A DNA stretch of 64,000 bases from the NCBI RefSeq assembly GCF_009914755.1, contig NC_060946.1, one strand, 5' to 3'. This DNA is from the human T2T-CHM13v2.0 reference genome, Homo sapiens. Made by a program: the position numbers and the translations under genes. Positions 29,327 through 53,699 of the stretch are shown one piece after another (position 1 is the stretch's first letter; every line of letters begins with the position of its first letter). Under the pieces are notes generated by a model, which searched no databases, had not been told where the DNA came from, and worked only from the letters and a program-made list of their open reading frames with translations.

Positions 29327-29466
29327 CAGGAGGCTGGAGCTGAGACGTGGGTGTTCCTGCAGCCGGGGCCTGTGCTCCCAGGCACTCATGGCTTCTCTGG
29401 CTGGTTCACTTCTCCCTGGCTCAGACAGATCAGGAGTGGAAACATCTGAATATGCTCAAGGAGGAG
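29327..29466 (+). CDS. PARVB: PARVB long-isoform upstream coding exon 2: RRLELRRGCSCSRGLCSQALMASLAGSLLPGSDRSGVETSEYAQGG(V)
   Basis: ctgcag| acceptor after a 122-nt intron, G|gtaagt donor. Ends in phase 1, the same phase as the CpG-island exon, so both can join the same downstream exon. Confidence 0.8.
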
Positions 29467-29504
29467 GTAAGTTTTGGGGGAAAAACTGTCAGAAAGTGGA
29501 TGAG

Positions 29505-29820
29505 GGCTGGGTGCAGTGGCTCATGCCTGTAACCCTAGCACTTTGGGAGGCTGAGGAGGGAGGATTGTTGCTTGAGCCCAGGAATTTGAGACTACTCTGC
29601 ACAACATAGTGAAAACCCATCTATATGAAAAAAAAAAAAAAAAAAAAAAAAAAAACAGCTGGGTGTGGTGGCATGCATCTGTGGTCTCATCTACTTGGGA
29701 GACTTAGGTGGGAGGATCACTTGAGCCCAGGAGGTTAAGGCTGCAGTGAGCCGTGATTGCACCACTGCACTCCAGCTGGGGTGACAGAGCGAGACCCTGT
29801 CACAAAAAAAAAGAAAGAAA
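29505..29820 (+). mobile_element. AluJ with expanded middle A-tract
   Basis: Alu consensus with a ~29-nt A run at the monomer junction. Confidence 0.85.
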
Positions 29821-30708
29821 GTGGACTAGCAGTGAGCCCAGGGTCAGGGGCCCTGGCTCTTGCCCTGTTGGGGCTGTTTACCAAATCCACTCACTGCTTT
29901 CCTCAGGTTTTTCTTCTACCAAAGGAGAAGATCTTGGTGTATTCAGCAATAGATTCCACTCTTAGTGGATGCCACTCATGAGCTTTCTAGGGCTTTCTAC
30001 CCCCAAGGTAAAGGCTAGATGATTTTTAACACCAGAGATTGATTGTTTTGCCTGTCTGAGGACATTATGTACAAGGAGTTGAACAGTGGCTCTTTGATTG
30101 TGATTCAGACTGGAGGTGAATCCCAGCTCTGTGGTTGACCAGCCGTATGACCTTGAGCATGTTCTCATGTGGGTTCAAATACTGGGCCACTGTGAATATG
30201 AGGCACAGTCCCCTGTTTCCCAGTGAAGAAAAGCCAGGTGGAGGAGAGTGGCCAACCTGAGTAAATAACTTTTAGAAATACAGATGAAATAGGCCGGGCG
30301 TGGTGGCTCACGCCTGTAAAATTTTGCAGATCTTTTAATATCTGTCTTCAAAACCAGAGGGATTCTTGCATCTGGTTCTGCATTCAGTTTGTTGCATTTG
30401 AAGTTGTTCGATTGACGCATATGAAGAAAATGTGTTTTCACATAGATACGTATTTGGAAAAGAGAGTATTTTAGTAGCCTTTTCAGATAACTGTGAACAT
30501 TCTTTGATACTTCACCAAAACTCAACTAATGAACGGTTTTGAAAGGTTAGTTGCAGTGTGGAATCTGAAACCCCGTCTATGTCTTTTTCACACTCTGTTC
30601 CATTAAGATCCCCTGGTCTACCTGGCACTGTGATTGGATTGTTTACCCAGGCATGCTTTTGTAACATCATATGCTAGTCATTTGCAAAATACTGGTTCCC
30701 TGAATTAG

Positions 30709-31072
<364 letters not shown>

Positions 31073-31123
31073 AAGATCACATTCATTAATATCAGCACCC
31101 GTTGGATCAGGAAAATCTAAGTA

Positions 31124-31426
31124 CAGATGCTCGTTGACTTACATTTGATAAACCCGTTGTAATTCAAAAATATTGTAAATTGAAAATGCATTAAGTACAC
31201 CTAACCTACTGGACATCGTGGCTTAGCCCAGCCTCCCTGGAACATGCTCAGAACACTTATATTAGCCTACAGTTGGGAAAAATCTAAAACAAAGCTTATT
31301 TTATAAGAAAGTATTGAAGATCTTGTGCAGTTTGTTGAATACCGTACATGACATAGAAATTGCAACCATTTCACGCTGTTGTAAAAGTCAGTACATCGGA
31401 AGTGGGACCATTAGAAGTTAGGGAGG
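31124..31426 (+). mobile_element. Tigger-family MITE (MER47-like) nested in Charlie
   Basis: Begins cagatgctcgttgacttac. TA dinucleotides on both sides (31122-31123, 31427-31428), as expected for Tc1/mariner insertions. Confidence 0.7.
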
Positions 31427-34082
31427 TATTGGGAAGCTGCCAAGCTCATGGTGCTGGATCCAAGTTTCCAAAAATTCCAGTTTTCACTTGAAGCCCGCAT
31501 TTTACCATTGGCAGCAAACACTTGAAGCTCACTTTGTCCATTTCCAAGGAAATGTCTGCCAGATACCCACGTCTGAATCACCATAGTTTGTTAGTCGCTC
31601 TTCCAGGGAAAAACAATGTTCCATGAACACAGCGGCAATTCAGGCCTGGACCCAATCACCCAGGGCTTTCCTTGAGACATATGAGCCCCTGTGAGCAGCA
31701 GAAGTGTTCTCTGCTTAGGATGTTTGAACACAGGGTAAAAGCGCTGAGATGTAATGACAGGGAGCATTTTGCTGCTTCATTCATGAGCGAAACTGGCATT
31801 TGTGCCAAGCACAGTGGCGAAGAATACAATGGCCATAGGGGTGTGTTGCCTCTGCCATTCTCTGCCAGGGTGCAGGCACTTTCACCCACAGCTGCTTTTG
31901 CATCGTGAGTGCAAATGTCAACCCAGTGAACCAAGTAACTAAGTAATGTCTTTGCATTATTATAAATATAGTTTTAACCCAATGGACTCCCTGGAGGAGT
32001 CTCAGGATCTCCAGGGGGCCGTGGACCACGCTTCGGGAACCACTGATCTATCGTTGTCCAAAGCTAATTTTTTCAGCTTTCGGGGTCCTCCCCAGGTGAC
32101 TTGCAATACAGTAATTGTGAGAATGCCCATAAGGGCTAAGCTGGGACTTAAGCACCCTCCTTTTATTTTCAGATGTAAATCATATTCACCTCCCTGCCGC
32201 AGATCCTTTGTGAAATGGGGTAGTCGAGCCTATCAGTATCGAGAGAAACAAAAGCGAAGTGCCTGGCACGTGGTAGGAACTCAGAAGTGGCAGGAGGGGG
32301 CAGTGGGTGTTGGTGGAGGGGCAGAGGCGGGTGCGTGGTCTCTGCGCTCCGTGGGGTGGGTAAGAACCTGCCAATCCCAGTGGGTTCTAGTAGGAGGGAT
32401 GTCTTTCCTGCGTGGCTGTACACAGGAGAACGCTGTAAAGAGCAAGGACTGGCATTAAATTCTGCATTAAACGTGAGGCCTGTTTTTACATTTACACATA
32501 CAGATTTCAGTTTGCGTAGTGAACCGTGGGAGGCTGTCTCAGTCGTGCCTTCCTGGGGTCAAACCAGTTGGCCTGTTTTCAAGAATGAAAAATGCTTTGC
32601 CCGAAAGTGGGGCGAATGGTAATCACAGACACACACGTCTCGGTGCCAGAGTTGTAGCTTTATACATAGTGCCTTCCTGACAAGTAAATTACTGGATTCC
32701 TTTGCCAAATCATTAGATAACTTTTAAGAGCAACAAACATTCATGCAAAAGGAGATTCAGCATTATCTTGTTAGAAAAATAGTCATGATTTTTGAAAAGC
32801 AAGGACATTCTGTGAAGTTTGACCAACTGTGAAAATTACAGCCTTTCTTCCCCGTACTCCCCCCGTGCTTTTCAATCAATCAGTTTCTAATGGATGAAGC
32901 ATTCCCTACATTTGTCACTAGATGGATGTGCCGGTCAATTAAAATATTCTGACTTCGCAGGGTTGAGATAATAGCCAGCCTGGATCCATCCGTTACTGTG
33001 AAATAGAAGGTGACCTTCCTGTATTGAGTCAGAGACCCAAATACAATTGCTTTGATCTTATTATCATAGCCAGAAATTACCGTTCATCTAAACGTAATTT
33101 CCCTGAAATACTGAGCGGGCAGAGCTACTGCTGGAAATACCAGAACATCATAAAGAGACTGTGATGTGGCCTTGGGGATGAAAGGTGACATCTTGACTTG
33201 ACATCCATTCCACCTGACTGCAGAAATCAAGTGGAATGGAATTTCCTGGGATGTTCTGTATCTAGTAAAGGCTAAGTAGGATTCATCACCAAACCTTAAC
33301 CCAGAGAGATTAAGCCCTGTTATAATGTGCTGCGGCAGCCACGCCAGGACTGGACTCCCTGGAATCTGACCCTTTCTTTCCATTCCCACACTCCCAGGCC
33401 AGGGTCCTAGCCTTTCCTGTCTGTCTGAAAACTGCTCTTCCAGGGGTGGGGAGCAGGAAACCTTGTGTTGGGGTGGAAAGAGCCTGTGTTTAGGAGTTGG
33501 AGCTGGCTTTGGATTCTCACTTCCTTTGTTCGCTTATTCGTTCCTCCAACATGGACATTGGGCCAGGTGCAGGGTGTTGTACAGGTGGCTCTTCTGGCAA
33601 CTGCCGTCAGGTTTACCCTCCTCTTTAGCCCCAGAGGTCCCACAGCCTCCTGTGTCTGCCCATCCCTTGCCTCCGATGTCCCCTTCCCTGAAGTTGTTCC
33701 AAATGACCTGTAGTTGCCGCTGCTGGGCCTGGCTTCTGCAGGGCTGGCCACTCCCCTTCTCCAGGGAGCCCCTAGTTCTGTTTGGAGAACTTTGCCAGGT
33801 GCTGGCCCTTCCCCACTCTTGGGATGGAAGCCTCTAGAACAGGATGGAGAGGGGTGTATCCATCTGCATGTCATTCTCTGGTCAGAGAAAATAAGTTCCA
33901 CCTTTTCTGAGCTTGAGTGAGAAAAAAACAATCAAACTAGATGTTTGCCAAAGACATCACAGCAGACACGAAGTAGCAGAGCCATGGGCACAGAAAAGGG
34001 AGCCTGGGTACCCCCTGCTGGCAGAGGTGCTGGGGCAGGAGCAGGCGCTCCAGGTCGCGCGCGAAGTCAGTGAGGACCCTTT

Positions 34083-34581
34083 TGAGAAGGAATTAATAAA
34101 ATCAACTATAACCTAACAGTAGTAGTAATAGAAATTTTAAAATCCTCTCAAAGTTGCTGCAAAGTGTGACCCCCCCCTTACTCTCAAGTTAAAAGAGAAT
34201 ATTAACAGTCTGTCTTCTCTCTGTGGACAGTGGACCTTATCTATACTCCCCAACTCCACATTCCTCAAAGTTTGTTACAGGCCCAGCGAGTTCCTGCTTA
34301 CCTCCCTAGCATGGCTGCAGGGTCACAAGACCAATAAGTTTAGGTGGCAAGACATGTTTCTCTCAAGATATAAGAAATGTAATGCTGTCTTTGTTTCTTG
34401 CTTCTGTAACTTGCTTCCCGCCTCACGTAGTTCCTGCCTTAAGATGTTTACAAGTAGAAAAAGCCCTTTGTTCGGGGCTCAAACTTTCTGGACCTATGTC
34501 CGGCTGAGCTGGTGATCACCTTAATTTAATAAACTCTCCTGAACCTTTTCCGTCTCTCCAGTCTTTGATTGTCCTGCAACA
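34083..34581 (+). mobile_element. ERV solo LTR (ERV1-class, family uncertain)
   Basis: TG...CA ends, U3-R-U5-like layout with aataaa near the 3' end (atttaataaactctcctgaacc...gtcctgcaaca). TSD not evident. Confidence 0.6.
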
Positions 34582-34869
34582 CAACGTCCGGTTTGTGAGC
34601 ATGCACTGCTTTTGTCTTCTGGGCTAAGCCAGAACAGGCAATAGGGTTAAGCACCTGAAGTACATTTTAAGGAGAATTAGGAGCCATTGTTCCAAAAAGA
34701 TTCTAAAAATGGATGATTGATTTAAAAGGTTCTCAGGGACAGTGCTGTGTACTCAACAGACTCCTGACCGACCTGCTTATGAGCCTTGAAAACAGAAAAT
34801 CTTTATTTTGCAATAAAGGTGGGAAAAATACAACAGCTCTTTAAAAATCAATGATTAAAAAAATTTTAT

Positions 34870-36021
<1,152 letters not shown>

Positions 36022-36114
36022 CATGGAATGCTTTCAATAGTGTATATCCTAGCATCTTACGCCACTCCAAGTGTAGTGCAGGAATCTGACGATACATTAG
36101 AAATGCAGAGTCCT

Positions 36115-36418
<304 letters not shown>

Positions 36419-37444
36419 TGCAGAGTTCCAGGCCCTGCCCAGCCCACCCTGTGGTTTTGCAAGATTCCCAGGTGGCCTGTGTGTGCAGTCAGGATTGAGG
36501 AGCACCCTCTAGGTTTGAACTCAGCACACTTCCATACCTTCAGCCCTCTCCTCTCATAGGTAACTCAGCTCCCACCTGCCACGTGGCAGGATCTCCTGGA
36601 CAGGCAGCCAGAAAGCTAGTAACAGCAAAGCTTTGTTACCTAACATTTCCTTCTATTTGTGTGCAGTACCTCCCCCTGTCATGCCCCGTGTGAGGGCAAA
36701 TCACCTTCATCGCTGAATCTTTCACCTGGGCAAGTGCAGGAGGGGAGCCCCAGATCAGCTGCTCCCATCCATGTGAGTTCTGCTGCGCGGATGCAAAAGG
36801 CACAAAGATCCCAGGGACCCATAGGAAGCTTCACAATGGTTACCATCCACCTACTGTCAGTGGCCACTACCTTCCGTTCATTCAACCGTTTGGGGGACAG
36901 CGATCAAGCTCTTAGTGTGTGCGAGGCTGCGTTTGCGGGTACAGCGGGCGGAGATGACACTTCAGGTCTAGTGGGGAAGAACAGGTCAGCAGGGGGTACC
37001 CAGGAAAGATGGGGAGGGGGTGCCCAGCTCCGCCTATGGGAGGAAGGTGGGCTGGGGGGAGTGGAGTCTCCTCCGAGAAGCCCATCCTTTCCCGTGCTGC
37101 TTTGCAGTTTAGCATGGGGCCTGCATCAGGCTCTGCACTCCCACGCTGGAGGCCAGAGATTCATGTGAATTTCCAGTCGTGGGTCATGGCCAGAGCATCC
37201 TTTATTCTCTTTCCCAAGGTCGGGCTCTCTGTTCACCCTCTTCTGCCTCTGGGAGCCTCTGGACTCATTTCTTCCCTCCTGCGCTCCTCAGCGGGAAGTC
37301 TCCATCTCCTTCCTTCCTGTAGATTCCTCTTCTCCACGAGAAAGTTTTAGAGGCTTTTCCAATCCCCCAAGGCAAGACTTTGAATTACCTTTAGTTTTAG
37401 GCCCTGATTTATGTGGGTTTGACAACAGGCTTTAAAAAAGTTTT

Positions 37445-37850
37445 TTTTTTGGTAAAATGCACATAAAATGTACCATTTGAGGTCTACAGTTCCGTGGCTT
37501 AAATCCATTTACACTGTTGAGCAACCATCACCACCACCCATCTCCAGAACTCTTTCATTCCGAAGCTGAACCTGCACCCATTAGGCACTCACTCCCAATT
37601 CGGTCCTTCCCAGCCCCTGCAGCCACTGTTCTACTTCCTGTCGCTATTAATTTGACTCCTCTAGGTGCCTCATCTAAGCAGGATCATACAGTATGTGTCC
37701 TTTTGTGACTGGCATATCACACTAGCATCATGTCCTCAAAGTTCATCTGCGTTGTAGGCTGAGTCAGAATTTCATGTATATACGCATGCATACACCACAT
37801 TTTCTTTATCCCTTCATGTGTCAGTGGACGTTTGGGTTGTTTCTACCTTT
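37445..37850 (-). mobile_element. Old L1 (L1MB-type) 3' end
   Basis: aaccatcaccaccaccca...gcaggatcatacagtatgtgtcc...ccacattttctttatcc. Confidence 0.7.
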
Positions 37851-37859
37851 AGAGACAGG

Positions 37860-38181
37860 TTTTTTTTGTTGTTGTTGTTGTTTTGTTTTTGAGACAGAGT
37901 CTTGCTCTGTCACCCAGGCTGGAGCACAGTTGCATGATCTCGGCTCACTGCAACCTCCGCCTCCCAGGTTCAAGCAATTCTCCTGCCTTAGCACCCCCGC
38001 CCGCCTCCGAGTAGCTGGGATTACAGGCGCGCATCACCACGCCCAACTGATTTTTGTATTTTAGTAGAGATGGGGTTTCACATGTTGGCCAGGTTGGTCT
38101 CAAACTCTTGACCTCAAGTGATCCACCCACCTCAACCTCCCAGCATGCTGGGATTTCAGGCGTGAGCCACCACGCGCGGTC
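37860..38181 (-). mobile_element. AluS
   Basis: Reverse Alu; TSD tagagacagg. Confidence 0.88.
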
Positions 38182-38475
38182 TAGAGACAGGATTTTATGA
38201 TTGAGTGAATATACCTGGATGCCTACTATGTGCAAGGAAAGCATGCTTCTGAGAAAAAAAGATTCATTTTGCATTTTTCTTTTAGATTTTGAGAAAACCA
38301 TACCATTTAGTTATAGAAAAGTATTTATCTTTTGCAGCATACTTTGGCTGACTTTGATAACACTCAGACTGTATTAGAGATAGATGCTTGGGTCTGCCAC
38401 TCTGAGGACACGGGTCCAAGAGTGCTGCCACAACCTGCCTGTCTTTCTTGCTTGCTTATAAAAATAGAGATGACA

Positions 38476-38807
<332 letters not shown>

Positions 38808-39319
38808 TCATTATAGTATTTAAGTAGCAGTGATGTTTGAATAGTCTTTTCATGCCTTCCCTTTTACTGATTTCCTTGCGAATTTGAAATTTTGACTGTC
38901 TTAAGATAATTTAGCACACAGAATTGAGCTTTACATTTTAATATTTTCCTGATTTAAGAGGATAATTTGCTTACAGCTGTTCAGACCTCTGATCTCAATT
39001 GGTAATGAGCTACAGTAGGTATGCTATGTGGATGAGCATGGGACAGATTTTAACATACAAGTTGCAAACCCAAACCCATGAAAGTTTCTATCACTTTTAT
39101 GTCAGACTGAGTTTTTAACTGATGATAATGCCTGTCTGAGTATTCATTTTCTCAATCAAAATGTATTCTAATCAGTTTTGAAATCAGTTTTGAAATCAGT
39201 TCTATTTGCTCTAAATAACATCAACTTGTTATTTTTTTGTACGGACAGATACAAAGGCAGAGTTCAAATCAGCAATTCCCCATTGACAAAGTATTAAGGT
39301 AAAGTGGCATTCTGCCATA

Positions 39320-39575
39320 AAGGTTTATATATATATGTAAAAACCTATATATATACACACATATGTATGTAATATATAATATATGTGATATATGTAATAT
39401 GTTTATTACATATATATAAAATAGGTTTTAAAACCTATTATATAAACTCTCTTGTTAATATATAAACCATTATTTAACCCTTTAAAAACCCTCTTTTATA
39501 TAATAAACATTATATATGTAAAAACCTATATATACACATATATATGCTCATATATGCATACACATGTGTGCATAT
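39320..39575. repeat. AT-rich / (TA)n low-complexity region
   Basis: Directly visible. Confidence 0.85.
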
Positions 39576-39580
39576 GAATC

Positions 39581-39878
39581 TTTTTTTTTTTTTTTTTGAG
39601 ACGGAGTTTTTCTCTGTCACTGAGGCTGGAGTGCGGCGGCGTGATCTCAGCTCACTGCAACCTCTGCCTCCTGGGTTCAAGCAATTCTCTGCCTCAGCCT
39701 CTCGAGTAGCTGGGATTACAGGTGCCCACCTCCACGCCCAGCTAATTTTTTGTATTTTTAGTAGAGACAGGGTTTCACCATCTTGGCCAGGCTGATCTTG
39801 AACTTCTGACCTCGTGATCCACCCTCCTCGGCCTCCCAATGTGCTGGAATTACAGGCATGAGCCACTGCGCCCGTCCC
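39581..39878 (-). mobile_element. AluS
   Basis: Reverse Alu; TSD catatgaatcttt. Confidence 0.88.
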
Positions 39879-40489
39879 CATATGAATCTTTAAAATTGCA
39901 AATGTAATTCCCATTAGAATGTAAGCTCCGCAGAGGAGGTCTTGTTCATTTTGTTCACGAGTGCACCCCACGGCCTGGAATCACACATAAACTGGCACTC
40001 AGTATTTGTGGAATGAATGAATCCATGAGTGTGCAAAGGAGAAAGCACAAGTTGCTTTTCTGCTTAACCCCATGTGATGAATGGCACCACGTCCCACTAA
40101 GATCACTCTGCCCTTTCCCCTGCCAGGGTGTCTCATAATGTTCCCTGGGGCGGCTGCACTGTCCTATAATTTGTGTAATCAAACAGGCACATTTAGGTGA
40201 TCCCCATTCCCCTATATGACAAGCAGTCCTGCAGTGTGCTCATACCTTTGTATAATTGTGCAGAAACTTTCATGGAATAAATGATGAGAAGTGGAGTTGT
40301 TACTGACGCACTTTTGGAAGTACTGTGCTGATGCATTCCTAATGAAGCTCCCTTAGAGTTCAGAACAACAGAATCTGAATCACTGTTGTTTTCAAACATC
40401 GGTTTTTGGTGGTACCATCAGCATCACCACTATTAGGACTTTCAGGTAAAATGTGCAGTAAATGAATTGAATTTTGGTTGCTCTCTGCT

Positions 40490-41470
<981 letters not shown>

Positions 41471-42635
41471 CTGCCGTAGACCACTGTGTCTTCCCTGGCC
41501 ACAGCAATGTTCTCATGATGTGCTATGGCCGCCACATCCTTAGCTCCAGCATCGTAGAGCAAGTTCCCTCCCACAAAGCCCTACACTTCAGTTCTCCCCT
41601 ACCCCCGTCATCATTCTCTCCTTCATCCAAAACACCACTCTCATCCCCTCACTGCTCTCAAATTGGGTGGGAGGAGAAAATAAAAACCTTTCATTTTGCA
41701 AGCAGGTGATACCTGGATGGCAAATGAATGGCAAAAGAAATTCAGACTAAGGTGTGAATGTCTAATAGACTTGGCCTTTGTTCTCCCACCCACCTAAGAG
41801 GTCCTGGCATGTTTCAAGGAGCTTGCTCATCCCCCATTTTCTCATAGCTGGTCAGAGGGGAGTCTTTTTTTAAAGGGGGCATAATCTTTGGGGGACTTTC
41901 CCAGTTTTCCCCCATGGAAGACTAGGAACCAATAACTTGGTACCATGTTATTTATTCCTTCTTCATCTATAAAATATTTAAGGGAACAAAACGCATATGT
42001 GGTTTACTCTGCCTGGTATGCAAAAAGAGAACTCGGAGGAATTGCTAATAAATGAAAATCCAACTTCCCTTGTCTCAGAGTTTGCTGATGCTTCCAAAAT
42101 CATTTGAGTGAAAGACGGTTGATCAGTGTAGTCGGTGATTCATGTTCTGCTCACACGTGGCATGGGCAGAAGTGTTTCCATCACAGTTTTAAAATTCTAG
42201 GCAAGTCTGGTCATCTCCTCCTGCTCTTAGTATTTACTGTGAACATCGCAGGTTACTCTCTTGCCAGATCACTAAATTAGCAGACTGATTAAATAACACC
42301 ATTTCAAAATGCTAGTTTAGATATTATGGTTACAGCGTGCTTGAAAACCCTACCCCAAAGTGCAGTAAGATTGCCTCAAAAGTATAACCTGGGGGAAATA
42401 AGGCATTTTCTCCATCGCACATCAATTAAATATTTCCATCACTTCTCTACACACTTCTAACTCGCCTAAAATTGCTTGGAGGTCTGAAAATGAACAACAC
42501 AAGAAGACATTTCACAGTCTAAGTATTCCCTGGAATGAGTTCCCTTTTCTCTCCCAAAGAGCTACAGGCGGTTTTTATTTATTTATTTATTTTGAGAAAT
42601 ATCAGCTTCTTTTTAGTTCTATTAAAGAGAAGTGA

Positions 42636-44920
<2,285 letters not shown>

Positions 44921-44968
44921 AGACACAGCAATTAAAAAAAAAAAAAAGTTCTAACCTGCATTTAATAA

Positions 44969-46290
<1,322 letters not shown>

Positions 46291-46309
46291 ATAACACATC
46301 ATCCTATCC

Positions 46310-46618
46310 AAGTGTAAACATGAAATTCGCTTATGTTTCATATACACCTTGTACACAGAGTCTGAAGGTAATTTTATACAATATTTTAAATAATTTTGTG
46401 CGTGAAACAAAGTTTATGTACAAGAGATATTACAGCTGAAGGGGGCTGGAAGGGTCTTTTTTCCCCTGGGGCTGCTGAATAAACTGTGTGTTATGTGCCT
46501 GGTGCTTCAACTGTAACCTGTCATGTGAGGTCAGGTGTGGAATTTTCCACTTTTGGCATCACGTCAGTGCTCAGAAATGTTCAGATTTTGAACCATTTCA
46601 TTAGGGATGTTCGACCTG
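46310..46618 (+). mobile_element. Tigger4/Zombi-like DNA transposon fragment
   Basis: gaggtcaggtgtggaattttccact...ttcagattttg...ttagggatgttcgacctg. Confidence 0.65.
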
Positions 46619-46639
46619 TGGCTGTTTTTACTTCCCCAT

Positions 46640-48190
<1,551 letters not shown>

Positions 48191-48627
48191 TAACCACATG
48201 CTCGATGTTTCTGTGTCTTCCCTGCTGGTTAGTGACATCCAAGGCAGGCCACATGAGTAAGAACCCTCTGAGATCTTCCACCCTTCACTTCCCTAACCTG
48301 GAATCCAGTCATTCTCCAGGTTTTGGGGCTCCCAACTCCAAATGTTCATTCCTCTTTGTCCCCCACTTCCATGTGACACTGCCTGGGTGTGTAGCCTCAG
48401 CACCCCTTTTGTCGAATTGGTCTCTGGCTCTGGGGTTTCCTCGCTTGGTCCTCCACACTGGGTCAGTTCTCTCAATGGCCACCTCCTTCCTTGCACAAGA
48501 TCAAGTGCAGACTCCTGACCTGGGTGCTGGAGGGCAGTCCTTTCCATCGCCCCCGTTCTCCTCACCCAGATTCTCAGGCCACATGGGCGGGCTTGCCATG
48601 GTTATGGTTGACTCGTGCGCTGCCCCC

Positions 48628-51444
<2,817 letters not shown>

Positions 51445-51526
51445 GGGTCTTTGCAGATGATGAGGTGAAGATGAATCACCAGGATGGGCTCTAATCCAAC
51501 ATGACTGTGTCCCTGTAAAGTCTAGA

Positions 51527-51528
<2 letters not shown>

Positions 51529-51590
<62 letters not shown>
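51529..51590. repeat. (CA)31 microsatellite
   Basis: Directly visible; uninterrupted. Confidence 0.97.
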
Positions 51591-51592
<2 letters not shown>

Positions 51593-52457
51593 GCCTAGTA
51601 GAGACGGAGGCAGAGACGGGGCAATGCTTCTACAGGCCGAGGAACATGGAAGATTTGCTGGCAAACCCCAGGAGCCTGGAGAGATGCAGGGAACAGATTT
51701 GCCCGTGCAGCCTCCAAATGGAAATGAACCTAGCCTACACCTTGATTTGGATTTCTGGCCTCCTGCTGAAATCCTAATCCCCAGTACACAGGGGTATTAC
51801 AAGGACACGGTCATCTTGGATTACAGCCCACTCTGGTGACTTCATCTTCACTTGATCATCTGTAAAGACCCTTGTGAGATGATGATATTTATCAATTGGT
51901 TTTCCTCCACCGTGCCTGCCTCATAATTCCCGTAGACCTTGTTATTTCTCTCCAAACTGTGAGAGAAGACGTTTCTGTTGTTCTGAGCCCTCCAGCTCAT
52001 GGAACTTTGTGCTGGCAGCCCCAAGACACCCCAGTGTCCTCTCCCTGTCTCTTCTGCCTGGTGGGTCTTCTCCTCCTTTACTGAAAGGAAAAGGGCATTT
52101 GATCCTTGTTCCAGGTCAAATGTCCCTTCCCTGCAAGCCTCCTCTGCCCACAGCACTTCTCCCCCACCCCATCCACATGGTCCCTGTCCCTCCTCCATGC
52201 TGGCCACGCTACATGGCCACTGTGTCCTGTGCCCACGTTCTCCTTGACCACAAACTCCTGGAGGACAAAGCTCTGTGCCCTTGGTCTTCACGCCCCTGGC
52301 TGAGGACTGGGCCTGGCACCAACTTGACCAACAGAAGCACGTACTGCACTGGGGGGACTGGGGGGCAGCCAGCACAAAGGGAGACAGAAAAACCATCTCA
52401 ACCCACACACCCAGAGCTGAACCCACTTCTCCCCAGGTGCCGTCCTCTGCTGAGTGA

Positions 52458-53382
<925 letters not shown>

Positions 53383-53699
53383 AGCCCTGTCTGGCAGTCC
53401 TCGGGATGAAGCCGTTTCCTCTGCTTCCAACACATGCGAGGCCTGTCTCCCCTCCTCTCCCCTCCCTGGCACCCCACACTGTCCCCAGGGCCTGCTCTTC
53501 TGCTCACCTCATGGTACCGGCCTGCAAGCCATTTCCTGGGGCCTCCCCGTCGCCTCTTCCAGAAACAACTCCTGGAACTCCCCTTGGAGGTCAGGCCAAT
53601 GACCTGTGCCCCGCATTGCCCTCCATCCTCTAAGCTTCCCGTGGGTAGGGACAATTCCCAGTTCTGAAGGGCTCCCCCTGCCCCGGGCCTGGCTCTTGG

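Noticed and set aside
30175-30525. Minus-strand ORF with transposase-like words, considered as a domesticated transposase
   Set aside because: Short, frameshifted relative to hAT-Charlie motifs, and runs through an Alu fragment. It is a fossil.
39170-39202. aatcagttttga 12-mer tandem repeat (and gtttgcttaa x2 at ~790-810)
   Set aside because: Ordinary short slippage duplications with no sign of function.
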